This document shows, piece after piece, positions 1-11,312 of a stretch of 64,000 bases of DNA. Origin of the DNA: Gemmatimonadota bacterium (GTDB taxonomy: Bacteria; Gemmatimonadota; Gemmatimonadetes; Longimicrobiales; Gaopeijiaceae); contig JAXHMG010000001.1 of the NCBI GenBank assembly GCA_034521595.1, positions 1 through 64,000 on the forward strand, given 5' to 3'. The position numbers and the translations under genes were made by a program. Every line of letters begins with the position of its first letter. Within the stretch, counting starts at the first letter, position 1. The notes under the pieces were generated by a model, which worked only from the letters and a program-made list of their open reading frames with translations, did no database searches and was not told the origin of the DNA.

Positions 1-26
1 ACGTCGGCAACCCTGAAACGTTATAG
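1..26 (+). mobile_element. Right end of an integron attC site (L'/R' boxes), truncated by window edge
   Basis: ACGTCGGCAAC..AACGTTATAG matches the 3' ends of the attC sites at 735-893 and 3603-3750; G/TT crossover at 20/21. Confidence 0.75.
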
Positions 27-91
27 GACATAGCTTCAGGCTTGATTGAGTTCTCGTTGACCATTTGGGGCTGCACGTAGAGACTTCTCGT

Positions 92-382
92 ATGGTTGAC
101 TTTGACCCTGATCGCCTGGCCCAGATCTGCCGGGAACACGGCGTGTCTCGCCTTCGACTCTTTGGCTCCGCATCACGCGGCGAGGAGCGAGCTGATTCCG
201 ACGTGGACCTGATCGCATCCTTTTCCGTCCCGACGGGCTACTTCAGTGTGATCCGGCTCGAGGATGAGCTGAGCGCCTTCTTCGGAAGGCCAGTTGACTT
301 GCTTACCGAGGGTGGCCTGAGCCCTTACATGCGGGACGATGTCCTGGCTTCTTCCCGCGATCTCTTTCATGACGCCGCCTGA
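92..382 (+). CDS. Minimal nucleotidyltransferase (MNT) antitoxin
   Basis: LFGSASRGE..DSDVDL MNT motif; overlaps the downstream HEPN gene. Confidence 0.9.
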   Translation: MVDFDPDRLAQICREHGVSRLRLFGSASRGEERADSDVDLIASFSVPTGYFSVIRLEDELSAFFGRPVDLLTEGGLSPYMRDDVLASSRDLFHDAA

Positions 383-713
383 CGCCCTCTACTTGCGTCA
401 CATGCTCGATGCGATCGATCGCGTCATCGAAGCCACACAGCGGGTCACCCGGGAGGACTTCAACGGGGAGTGGATGATCCAGGACGCGATCGTCCACGAA
501 CTCCAGATTCTTGGTGAAGCCGCCGGGCGTGTATCACGGGGGCTCACAGATCGACATCCGGAACTGCCTTGGAGGCAAGTGACCGGGCTGCGTCACAAGA
601 TCGTGCATGACTACTTCGCAGTAGATCTCGAGGTGGTCTGGGATACTGCTACGCTCGACGTGCCAGCTATTCGACCCGTAGTTGAGGCGCTTCTGAATAG
701 AGTCGACGCATAG
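369..713 (+). CDS. HepT/DUF86 HEPN ribonuclease toxin
   Basis: YLRHMLDAI start, LQILGEAA, PWRQVTGLRHKIVHDY (RX4H motif). Confidence 0.9.
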   Translation: MTPPDALYLRHMLDAIDRVIEATQRVTREDFNGEWMIQDAIVHELQILGEAAGRVSRGLTDRHPELPWRQVTGLRHKIVHDYFAVDLEVVWDTATLDVPAIRPVVEALLNRVDA

Positions 714-734
714 GTGATGGACGGACAACGCCAC

Positions 735-893
735 GTCCTATAACAAGAATGTTTCCGGGTCCGCTCCCTGCGGTCGCTCCCCCTATATGGCCTCGAGCGT
801 TCGGGCATCGTAAGCTGTCAGCTGCACTCTGGAGGTCTCAGCAAAGATAAGCGTGTATGCTGGGGCCACGTCGGAAACATCTGAACGTTATGC
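735..893 (+). mobile_element. Integron attC site (complete)
   Basis: R'' GTCCTATAAC is the exact reverse complement of GTTATAGGAC at 20-29; inner TGTTTCCG/CGGAAACA pair; ends AACGTTATGC. Confidence 0.85.
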
Positions 894-945
894 GCAATGG
901 CGCAGCGGGAGCGTTCGGGTCTGGCGGTTCGGTGAACGGGCCGTT

Positions 946-1032
946 GTTCATTGTTCATGAACAGTGCGGCGCTCTGAAGGAGTGGCGCTCCGCGTACCTC
1001 GGGGCCATGTTCATCGTTCGTGAACAATGAAC
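946..1032. promoter_or_regulatory. Two related palindromic operators upstream of the HTH gene
   Basis: GTTCATTGTTCATGAACAGTG (946-966) and GTTCATCGTTCGTGAACAATGAAC (1009-1032). Confidence 0.55.
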
Positions 1033-1042
1033 CCATCGTACC

Positions 1043-1570
1043 ATGAGTCCCTCCCAGATCTCCCTCCGCCCGCACGACATGTGCGTCGCACTCCAGTTGG
1101 TGCTGACGCCCAGCTTCTCCTATCGGGAACTGGCTCATGATGTCGGGCTGAGCCTGGGCGAGGCGCACAATTCCGTGAAGCGCCTGGAGCAGGCCCGGCT
1201 CTTCATGGCCGATCCGGGCAGGGTGAACGTCCCTGCCCTTCTGGAGCTGCTGGTCCATGGGGTTCCGTACGTGTTTCCTGGTCAGCTCGGACCGGACACC
1301 CAGGGTGTGCCGACGGCTCATTCGGGTCCTGCGCTCGCCGAGCGCCTATCGGGAGTTGACGTGATCGTTTGGCCCAGTGCGGATGGTGAGATCCGGGGAC
1401 ATGCCCTTGTTCCGTTGTGTGCTTCGGCTCCCGATCTGGTCCAACGTAACGAGGCCCTCTATCGGTGGCTCACGCTCGTGGATGCCCTCCGCGTCGGGAG
1501 GGCCCGAGACCGGAGCCTCGCGGGGGACATCCTCAAGCGGGAGCTCCAGCACGGACGGACCATTGAGTGA
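1043..1570 (+). CDS. Winged-HTH protein, probable antitoxin/regulator partner of the downstream nucleotidyltransferase
   Basis: N-terminal HTH SYRELAHDVGLSLGEAHNSVKRL; HGVPYVFP..GVPTAHS..LVDALRVGRARDR; overlaps the next gene. Confidence 0.75.
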   Translation: MSPSQISLRPHDMCVALQLVLTPSFSYRELAHDVGLSLGEAHNSVKRLEQARLFMADPGRVNVPALLELLVHGVPYVFPGQLGPDTQGVPTAHSGPALAERLSGVDVIVWPSADGEIRGHALVPLCASAPDLVQRNEALYRWLTLVDALRVGRARDRSLAGDILKRELQHGRTIE

Positions 1571-1953
1571 TCCTGCCTCGCTGAACCGGACGGTGCTCGA
1601 GGCCGTGGCGCGACGGATCGAGCCCCTTCTTGGTGAGGTCGTCTTCGTGGGAGGCCAGGTCGCGGAGCTTCTCATCACCTCCCGTGGAGCAACGCGCGTC
1701 CGCCCGACGACCGACGTGGACATCGTTGTCCAGGCATCGACTCGCCTCGGGTGAGGACGTGATCAGCGTCCTGGCCGGTCGGCCGGAAATCGTGGGTGAG
1801 GTGGCTGCGTCACCTCCAGCTCTCCGAGCGTATCTGGCCCAGCAAGCTCGAGAGCTGCTGGCTGAGGACACGGCTATTTACGTGATCCAGGGTGCGTTGC
1901 CCGATGCAGAGCGCATTCCGGGTCTGATCTCTCGGACCTTGGCTCGTATTTGA
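1563..1953 (+). pseudogene. Nucleotidyltransferase (AbiEii-like) with internal deletion and frameshift near 1750
   Basis: N-terminal VVFVGG..RPTTDVDIVV in one frame (stop at 1754); C-terminal EDVISVLAGRPEI in another frame; the middle of the protein appears missing. Confidence 0.7.
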
Positions 1954-2017
1954 GAATTGACCGAGCTTCGCGGAGAATGATGAAGGGGTTCATCAAAGCG
2001 TGAGGGTGCTGCGCCAC

Positions 2018-2033
2018 TGCGTATAACAACAGT
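2018..2033 (+). mobile_element. Isolated attC left end (R'' box) closing cassette 2
   Basis: TGCGTATAAC is a 9/10 reverse complement of GTTATGCGCA at 887-896. Confidence 0.6.
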
Positions 2034-2267
2034 TATCGAACATGGACTCGTCGACGGGTGAACGGTCCGACGAGGAAACGGGAGATTGCGGATCGGTCCG
2101 GTAAGCCGTCAACGTACCGGTATCTTGGGAGGATACCGATGACGCTATTGATCAACGACGACTTGCTCCGCCGAACCCTCGCGGGCCTTCCCGAATTCAT
2201 CTCAATTGTCGATCGCGATCGCGATCATCCGATCAATCAATCGTGTCGGTAAGCCCCGGAGGACGAA

Positions 2268-3413
2268 TTGAGAAAAAACGGCAAAGACCACACGGACGAT
2301 CGCAAGCGGACTGATACGAGCTTGGATGCGGAACGCATCGGAGCGGATGCGGTCACCGACGAGGTGCGACGCCGCCTCGACAAACTCATTGAACTCGACC
2401 GCTTCCTCGCAGACGACCGTCTGTTCAAGTTCCGCGAGAAGGCGGATCGCCTTATCGAACTTGATCGCCTCGCTTTCCCGTCCGCAAGCCGGGGTGTGGA
2501 ACACGAGCGTGAAAGCGCGGACGAGAGCATTCAGGCTGAGCGCGAAGCTTCCGACGCCCTGCTCGAGCGCGAGCGCGGTCGGGTGGATGCGCGCTCGGCG
2601 GCGAAGCGGCGGGAGTTGGATGAGGAGCGCGACGAACGGAAGGTGCAGCGGGATGAAACCAATGCGAATTTGGCCAGAGAGCGGACCGGGTCAGACCTTT
2701 CCCTGGCCGCCCTTGAGCGTAGGCATGAGCTGCTGGCAATAGTCACGCATGATCTTCGAAGCCCACTCACCGTGATCGCTGCGAATTCGACCCTCCTGCT
2801 GGAGGATACGAAAGAAGATGCAACGCGCGAAGCGGCCGAGGATATCCTGGTTGCGGCCACCCGCATGGGACGGCTTCTGGAGGATCTCATGGACGTTGCG
2901 CGCATCGAGTCTGGAACGCTTCGGGTCACCAAGGACATCCACGATATTGGCGCCCTGCTATCCGAAGTGCTGCACTCCTATCGACCGCTTTTCGCGACCC
3001 GGGGGATCCGCTTCCAGGTCGAGTTGCCGACGGTTGCTTTGCCTGCTCGCTTCGATCACGACCGAGTCGTCCAGTTGCTCTCGAACCTTCTCAGCAACGC
3101 GTTGAAGTTCACGCCTACAGGCGGAGTCGTAGAGTTGTGCGCCGAGGACCACGAAGGGGAGGTCGTGCTCGCAGTGCGGGACAGCGGTCCGGGTATCAAG
3201 CCAGAGGAACTACCGCATGTCTTTGAGCGATTCCGGAACGCCGATGAGGACCCGCAGCGCGGGCTCGGCCTCGGCCTCTACATTTGCAAGTCCATTGCTG
3301 AGGCCCATGGTGGCTCGATATCGGTCGAGAGTACGCCTGGTCGCGGAGCAGAGTTCCGCGTGGCGCTTCCCAGGTCTGAGGGAACGGGGGAGAATGAGAT
3401 GAAGACTGCATGA
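2268..3413 (+). CDS. Sensor histidine kinase (coiled coil, HisKA, HATPase)
   Basis: THDLRSPL H-box, NLLSNALKFT N-box, DSGPGI G1, GLGLGLYI G2. Confidence 0.9.
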   Translation: MRKNGKDHTDDRKRTDTSLDAERIGADAVTDEVRRRLDKLIELDRFLADDRLFKFREKADRLIELDRLAFPSASRGVEHERESADESIQAEREASDALLERERGRVDARSAAKRRELDEERDERKVQRDETNANLARERTGSDLSLAALERRHELLAIVTHDLRSPLTVIAANSTLLLEDTKEDATREAAEDILVAATRMGRLLEDLMDVARIESGTLRVTKDIHDIGALLSEVLHSYRPLFATRGIRFQVELPTVALPARFDHDRVVQLLSNLLSNALKFTPTGGVVELCAEDHEGEVVLAVRDSGPGIKPEELPHVFERFRNADEDPQRGLGLGLYICKSIAEAHGGSISVESTPGRGAEFRVALPRSEGTGENEMKTA

Positions 3414-3602
3414 TGTCTCGCACGTGACTCGGAGTAGAGCCACGGGTTGCACGAGTGATCGATCAGGGACACGACGAGATGTCTTGGGGAGCTGCGCAAA
3501 CCGACGATATGGACCGGCTTGCTGCAGCGGATAACAACGCGTGTGCGGGCTCCCGGCCTTCGACCTTCCGCGGTCGCATCCAAACGGAGAATGGGATATG
3601 GG

Positions 3603-3750
3603 AGTGTTGCCGGCTCCGCTCCCTGCGGTCGCTCCGACCTACATGGCCCGGAGCGTTTGTGGCGCGTGAACGGCATGGCGCGTATCCTATGGGGGCCAGT
3701 CTGTGAGCCGACTGTGCTGGGGCCACGTCGGCAACACAAGAACGTTAGCC
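3603..3750 (+). mobile_element. Integron attC site lacking its R'' box
   Basis: Shares CCGCTCCCTGCGGTCGCTCC and TGCTGGGGCCACGTCGG with the 735-893 attC; TGTTGCCG/CGGCAACA compensatory pair; ends AACGTTAGCC. Confidence 0.75.
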
Positions 3751-3796
3751 GAAATGATGCACAGCCGGTTTTCGCCCCGACAGCCAGGACAAGGCA

Positions 3797-4183
3797 ATGG
3801 CGTTTGAGACAATGCCACAGAGTGTACTCGCTCTTGGGAGGGTCACCCCTTCGGGAGTGAGTCTCCTCGGGACGTGCTTCGCCCTGGGAGGCAATCGTTT
3901 GGCGACCAGCCGACACGTCGTGGGGACGTCGGATGAGAACCTCGTCCTCGTTATGCCGAAGCACCGCACCGCTTTCGAGTATCAGGACACGAGCGACACG
4001 CAGCTCAACTTGATGGCGGCGACAATTCAAGCAGCTGACCCGGTGCGAGACATCTGCATCCTGTCGATCGGCGGGAACAGCACCATTCCCTACCGGCTAG
4101 GTAGTTCCGACGATGCCCCGCCAAGAACCCCGATTGTCACCTTTGGCTTCCCCCACGCCGATCACGGGCGCTTGGTTCTCACT
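3797..4183 (+). pseudogene. Truncated trypsin-like serine protease cassette gene
   Basis: LGTCFALGG..ATSRHVV (His), RDICIL (Asp), TFGFP; no catalytic GxSG; runs into the nitrilase remnant. Confidence 0.6.
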
Positions 4184-4624
4184 AGGCCCACACCAAGCGC
4201 TCTCCGGCGGCAGGAACGAGCTTGCGATGCTTCCCGAGGATGCGTCCGTCCGCTCCCAGATAAAGCAAGGTGTTGAAGAGCGTTGAGTCGCTCGACTCCG
4301 AGTTGCGTTCATTCACACCGACCGCGACGGTGACCTGATGATCTCCGGCAGCCTCGGCCAGTCGTCTCGACTCCGGGCCGGGGATCGCCATCGAGTTTCG
4401 ATGGAGCGCGCTGTAGAGGGCCCGCAGCGGATGCGTCTTGCCGGGCGGAATGAAACAGACCCGAACGGATACCCAGGGACGAACGCTTCGGGGAACACGA
4501 TGAGATTGGCTCCGTGCCGAGCGGCCACCCCGATCAGTTCGCAAGCCTTGTCGATGGTCGCGTCCATGTCCAGGAACACCGGAGTCGCTTGAACAGCCGC
4601 GATCTGGTAAGGCTCTGTCACCAA
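4182..4624 (-). pseudogene. Nitrilase (carbon-nitrogen hydrolase) fragment, frameshifted and 3'-truncated
   Basis: IAAVQATPVFLD..VFPEAFVPGYP in one frame, then GVNER..GKHRKLVPAAGERLVWA in another; catalytic Cys region absent. Confidence 0.8.
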
Positions 4625-4767
4625 TATGTGCCGGCTGCTTTTTGGGGGGAACCTGCCAGACTCCTACGCCGTGTTCGTTCGTCACTCCGGTGGATGGGCG
4701 GCGTCGTTGATCTCGTCGATCGGCCTATGCCTATTAGGCAACCTCGGTCTTGCGATACGGTGTCAGC

Positions 4768-6652
<1,885 letters not shown>

Positions 6653-6685
6653 GAAGACCTCGAGGAGGAAGAGGAGAAGGTGGCT

Positions 6686-6708
6686 TCGGAAACATCTGAA
6701 CGTTAAGT
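6686..6708 (+). mobile_element. Residual right end of an attC site
   Basis: TCGGAAACATCTGAACGTTA (6686-6705) is identical to 871-890. Confidence 0.7.
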
Positions 6709-6908
6709 GACATGCGCCTTCGGGCTGAAGTTGGTGCTCCGAAGGCGAGGAGGGTTGGGGTAAGCAGGTCACGCAGGAAGAAACCGATTTATGGAATCAC
6801 CGCGGTCGACAGCGAGAAACAGGACACGCGGTTGGCCAACCGGGAGCTGCAATGGCATGCGGATCAGATCCTGGCCGGACATCTCGAGGGAGACGTCTGC
6901 GAGGTCAG

Positions 6909-8216
6909 ATGGAGCCAACCACTTCGTGCCTGCCACGACCACCACTCCTCTTGCCGCTACTTGCCGTTGGCCTCGTCGCGGGGTGTGTCGAGAGCGCTGC
7001 GCCGACGCTCGAGCCCGCCGTCAGGGACTCGGCCGGAGCCGTGATCCACGAGTTTCCGGCCGGTGTCCTCGAGCGTCCTCCATCTTTCCGGCTCGCGGAT
7101 GCTCCGAGCGTTCGGATTGGAGTCGTCGAGGGCGCACCCGCCTACCAATGGACTCGACCGGTAGCCGCGGCCAGGCTGTCCGACGGCGGGTTCGCGGTGC
7201 TCGAGCAGGTTCCCGCCGAGGTTCGCGTGTTCGATCCGTCCGGGCAGTTCCTCCGTCGAGTAGGCCGAGGGGGAGATGGGCCCGGGGAGTTCAGTTCCCC
7301 CGTCGGACTCGGAGTCCTTGCCGGCGACACGATTGTCGTTTGGGACGAAGGTGCCCGGCGATTGAGCTGGTTTTCGACCGAAGGAACTTTGGAGCGTGAG
7401 CTGACCCTTCGAGAGCCGGGGGGAATCCGGAGGATACGCCGTGTGACACCATCACCGAATGGCGGTGCCCTGGTGCTCGGGGCGACGACGACGGAGGAGG
7501 ACCTGGGCAACCGGGGAAGGGTCCGCGAGACGTGGGAGGTCGTGCCGGTCGGGCCACGAGGCGATGTAGGTCGATCCATCGGAGCGATTCGTGGAACGGA
7601 ACGAGCCATTCAGATCCAAGGGTCGGGCACGGGTGAGGTCGTGTCGGTCAGCGTTCAGGGGCGCTGGTGGTGGGGCGAGGGATTCGCTTGGGCCTCGGAG
7701 CGCGGCGTATGGACGGCAGACCAGCTCTCGTTCGAGGCTCGGCACTTCGATCTCGAGCGGGGCTTGGACCGGATCGTGCGGGTCGCGGCCGAGGACCGAC
7801 TTTTCACGAGTGCCCTGATCGACTCTCTGCACCGGGTTGAGCTGGATCGGGTGGCTGATCCGGAGCTCCGAGCGCTCTGGCGGGCTGACTTCGAGGAACG
7901 AGAATATCCGCGAAGCGTCCCTCCGGTAGCTTCGATATTCGCGGATGTCGTGGGTCGGGTCTGGATCGGCCTGACCGACCCGCCCCCGGAACGCCTCCCA
8001 TCCGGTGAACTATCGGCCGTGCGCCGATGGGCGGTATTCGAAGAGGACACCGCAGCGGGCCCAGGGGCCGCGACGTCGCTCACGCCGCTCGGGGTCGTGG
8101 TGTTGCCCCCGAGAAGCCATCCGCTCTGGGCGAGTGGGGACGGCGTACTCCTGGTGAGGAATGACACGCAACTGGATGTGCCCTACATCGAGTGGTATCC
8201 GTACGTCGACGGATGA
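6909..8216 (+). CDS. 6-bladed beta-propeller-type lipoprotein
   Basis: Lipobox VAGC, RDSAG, GRGGDGPGEF; paralogous to the genes at 14783, 17933 and 25751. Confidence 0.7.
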   Translation: MEPTTSCLPRPPLLLPLLAVGLVAGCVESAAPTLEPAVRDSAGAVIHEFPAGVLERPPSFRLADAPSVRIGVVEGAPAYQWTRPVAAARLSDGGFAVLEQVPAEVRVFDPSGQFLRRVGRGGDGPGEFSSPVGLGVLAGDTIVVWDEGARRLSWFSTEGTLERELTLREPGGIRRIRRVTPSPNGGALVLGATTTEEDLGNRGRVRETWEVVPVGPRGDVGRSIGAIRGTERAIQIQGSGTGEVVSVSVQGRWWWGEGFAWASERGVWTADQLSFEARHFDLERGLDRIVRVAAEDRLFTSALIDSLHRVELDRVADPELRALWRADFEEREYPRSVPPVASIFADVVGRVWIGLTDPPPERLPSGELSAVRRWAVFEEDTAAGPGAATSLTPLGVVVLPPRSHPLWASGDGVLLVRNDTQLDVPYIEWYPYVDG

Positions 8217-8446
8217 GCGACGCGGAGAAGGCTCAGGGGTCAGACGAGTCGGCATACGGAGCACACCATGAATGTCCCCGGCCCCTCGTGGCGCGAGCGG
8301 TGATCACAGGATATTCTCAGGCAGGCCCGCTTAGCAGCCCGTGGTAGACCGTTTGCTGGCGTCGGATATGCCACTGAACGCGGCGCGCCGAAGGATAGCT
8401 GGTTCGTGGCCGACGTGCACCGGAACATGGAGATCACGAGCATTCG

Positions 8447-10306
8447 ATGGGGACCCTTGAAGCGGATCTGCCGGCACTTACCGAGCTCCTCGGGCACGCC
8501 GCTGACGGAATCGTCCTGACGGACGGCGACGCACGCATCCGGTGGGCGAGCGCCGGCATCAGCCGCCTCTTCGGGTACGATCCCGACGAGCTGATCGGCC
8601 GGGACTTGCACACGTTGTTGCCGGCACGGTTCAGAGAGATCCATAGGCGGTGGATGAAGGCGTTCCGGGACGGGGAGATCGAAACGAAGAGCATGGCGGG
8701 AAGCCGGGTCGTCGCCGGTCTACACCGTTCGGGTCGCGAGATCGCGGTCGCCGCCACGATCTCCAGACTCGAGGGTGGACGTACCCTCGGGGTGTGTCTG
8801 CACGACGCGACCGAGCGGGCCGCCCTCGAGCTCGCACAGGCCGAACGCCTCGAGCGGGCGCGCCAACTCGCCGAGCAGCTTCCCGTCCTGGTGAGCTACC
8901 TCGACCGTGACCTGCGATACCGTTTCGTGAACAGCGCCTACGCCGAGTGGATCGGCATCGACCGGGAGGCCCTCGAGGGCCGGAAAGCCCGTTCGGTCAT
9001 CGGCGAGGAGGGGTGGAAGCGGTTGGAGCCACACCTTCGTCGAGGGCTCGGCGGCGAGCCGTCACGGATCCGTACACGACTCCGTGACGCCGAGTCACGA
9101 GCGGCGAGTGTGGACGTCCTGGTCACGCCCGCCGAAGACCCCGACGGATCGATCAGCGGCCTCTTCGTGGCCGCGCTCCCCGTGCCCGGCTTGGAGCGTG
9201 CGGAGCTATTGCGAACGGTCCTGGCGGAAGCCGGACGCCTGCTCTCGTCCACCGTCGATCCGTTCTTGAGCCTGACCAGCGTCGTGCAACTGGCGTCGCG
9301 GGGGTTCGCGGAACGAGCCGAAGCCTGCATAGCCCGGTCCGGTGACGTGTATCGCGTGCTGAGATCCGAGCGGGACACGCAGACTCCGTTCGACATGACC
9401 CTCCCCCGAGACGAGCTGCCCGAAGAGTTCCGCGCTACCCTCACCGATGGCGTGAGCCGCTGCTACAGCACCCCGACGGACCGCTGGACCCACATGACTC
9501 AGGCGATCCCTGTCGAGGGAGCTCCGGCCGGTGTCTTGAGATTTTCCTGGACACCACCGTTCGACCCCGGGCGCGAAGACCAGGAGATCGCGGAGGACCT
9601 CGCCGGCCGGATCGGAACGGCGTTCGAGCGAACGAGCGCGCTCCGGCAAGCGAGGGAAGCCACCCTGCAACGAGACTGGATGCTCGAGCGTGTCCTCCAC
9701 GACCTGAGTGGTCCCACGGCCTCCATCTGGATGGTCGCGGACCGCATGCTTCGGTCCGCTCCGGATCCGGACCGGCGCCGCCGCACCCGGACTCAGGTCG
9801 AAGGGATCGCTCAACAGGCCAAAGAGCTCGAACGCCTGATCCTCGACCTGAGCGCGGCCACGAAGTTACGAGCCGGACACGCCATCTCCATTCCCGAGAG
9901 CACGGAGGTCGAGCCGCTGATGAACGAGGTCATCGACATCCTGACGCCGCTGACCACGTGGCACGAGACGAACCTCGGCCTCGCCCCCGGACGGTCGGAC
10001 GAGGCGCGCGTCCGGGCCGACCCCTACCACCTGAGACGGCTCATGTCCGCGCTCGTCATGAACGCGGTCCGCCTCGGCGGCCCCGGGGAGTCCGTCGAGA
10101 TCGGGTACCAGGTCGATGCCGACGGCGTGACGGTCGCGGTGCGCGGTCCGGAAGCCGCGTGCCGGGACGATTACGAGGGCGGCGCTCCTCCTTCCCTCGA
10201 TCTCGCCGTCGCTCGTGAGATCGCACGAAGCCAGGGCGCCCCGCTCGAGCTTCACCGGGACGGGCCGAACTGCCTCGCCATGTTCACCCTCCCGAGGGCG
10301 GGGTGA
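8447..10306 (+). CDS. PAS-PAS-GAF histidine kinase-like protein with degenerate ATPase domain
   Basis: Two PAS domains (FGYDPDELIG; YRFVNSAYAEW); H-box LHDLSGP; G1/G2 boxes eroded. Confidence 0.8.
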   Translation: MGTLEADLPALTELLGHAADGIVLTDGDARIRWASAGISRLFGYDPDELIGRDLHTLLPARFREIHRRWMKAFRDGEIETKSMAGSRVVAGLHRSGREIAVAATISRLEGGRTLGVCLHDATERAALELAQAERLERARQLAEQLPVLVSYLDRDLRYRFVNSAYAEWIGIDREALEGRKARSVIGEEGWKRLEPHLRRGLGGEPSRIRTRLRDAESRAASVDVLVTPAEDPDGSISGLFVAALPVPGLERAELLRTVLAEAGRLLSSTVDPFLSLTSVVQLASRGFAERAEACIARSGDVYRVLRSERDTQTPFDMTLPRDELPEEFRATLTDGVSRCYSTPTDRWTHMTQAIPVEGAPAGVLRFSWTPPFDPGREDQEIAEDLAGRIGTAFERTSALRQAREATLQRDWMLERVLHDLSGPTASIWMVADRMLRSAPDPDRRRRTRTQVEGIAQQAKELERLILDLSAATKLRAGHAISIPESTEVEPLMNEVIDILTPLTTWHETNLGLAPGRSDEARVRADPYHLRRLMSALVMNAVRLGGPGESVEIGYQVDADGVTVAVRGPEAACRDDYEGGAPPSLDLAVAREIARSQGAPLELHRDGPNCLAMFTLPRAG

Positions 10307-10721
10307 CCGCCGTGGCCGCCTGTCTCAAGGCGACGGACTCCGCGGTGCTCACGGCCTCCAGCAGGCGTTCCCGTGTGACCGGCAGCCGGAGGCAGCAGAA
10401 GGCACCGTAGGCGAGCGCGTTCCGGCGGGCGCGCTCATGGCCGAACGGAACGAGCGCGATGACCCGAGGTGCAGGACACAGCGCGGCCGCGGCGGCGAAG
10501 AGCTCACGCGGACGCAGCGCTGCGGAGCTCATGTCGACCAACGTGACGATAGGGGTTCGCTCTTCGAGGACCACGATGGCCGCATTCGACGTCTCGACCT
10601 GGGTGACCTCGTAACCGGCTTGCTCCAGGTCGCCGGCCAGGAGCGGCCGGATGAGATCGGGAGCGCCGACCAGCAGGATGTGTCGGGACTCGAACGGACG
10701 GCGGGTTGAGAGCATGGCCAT
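10284..10721 (-). CDS. Atypical single-domain response regulator receiver
   Basis: HILLVG..LEQAGYEV..LVDMS..GAFCCLRLP; start uncertain. Confidence 0.6.
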   Translation of the reverse strand: MAMLSTRRPFESRHILLVGAPDLIRPLLAGDLEQAGYEVTQVETSNAAIVVLEERTPIVTLVDMSSAALRPRELFAAAAALCPAPRVIALVPFGHERARRNALAYGAFCCLRLPVTRERLLEAVSTAESVALRQAATAVTPPSGG

Positions 10722-10892
10722 GGCACTCTGAGCTTCGGGGATGCCTCTGCCGCCGTCAGAGCAAGCTGCGTGCCTCCCGAACGTCCCGGTTAGCGGCCGG
10801 AGCGGGTCGTGTTTGTCATGACCCTGCGCCGGTCTCGAGGCATATTGTCCCACTCTGGCGCGAAATTGGGGACGGGTGGGGCAATGCGGCCG

Positions 10893-11312
10893 TCACGAGT
10901 CCGTCGTCAGTGCCGAACGAAGAGCCTTTCGGAGGCTCCATTCGTCGAACGGCTTACCGAGCACGGGAGCGTCGTCGCATCCCGGGGGCAAGCCATCGGC
11001 AGTGAAAGCGGTGACGAAGACGATGGGGCAATCCCGCGCCCGAAGGCGTTCAGCGACCGGGGTCACGGCCTGGCCACGCACGTCGACGTCGAGCAAGGCG
11101 AGGTCGATCGGATCCCGTTCGGCGCAGGCGAGCGCTTCCGCGATCGAAGCGACGGGCCCGACCACTTCATGCCCGAGTTCCTCGAGAAGGAACGAGGCGG
11201 CGTCGGCGGCGAGGAAATTGTCTTCCACCACAAGGATCCTGAGCCCGGCCAACCCCGAAGTCACCGGCCGGCCCCCCTCATCGTCGGGCCAAAAGGCCTC
11301 GGTCCCCCGCAA
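10893..11312 (-). CDS. Single-domain response regulator
   Basis: RILVVEDN, LALLDVDV, FVTAF, GKPF; start uncertain. Confidence 0.85.
   Translation of the reverse strand: MRGTEAFWPDDEGGRPVTSGLAGLRILVVEDNFLAADAASFLLEELGHEVVGPVASIAEALACAERDPIDLALLDVDVRGQAVTPVAERLRARDCPIVFVTAFTADGLPPGCDDAPVLGKPFDEWSLRKALRSALTTDS

Noticed and set aside
759-781. Similarity of the attC inner motif CCGCTCCCTGCGGTCGCTCC to CTCCGCTTCGCTCC in the tRNA-Ser repeats
   Set aside because: Too short and GC-rich to support a relationship
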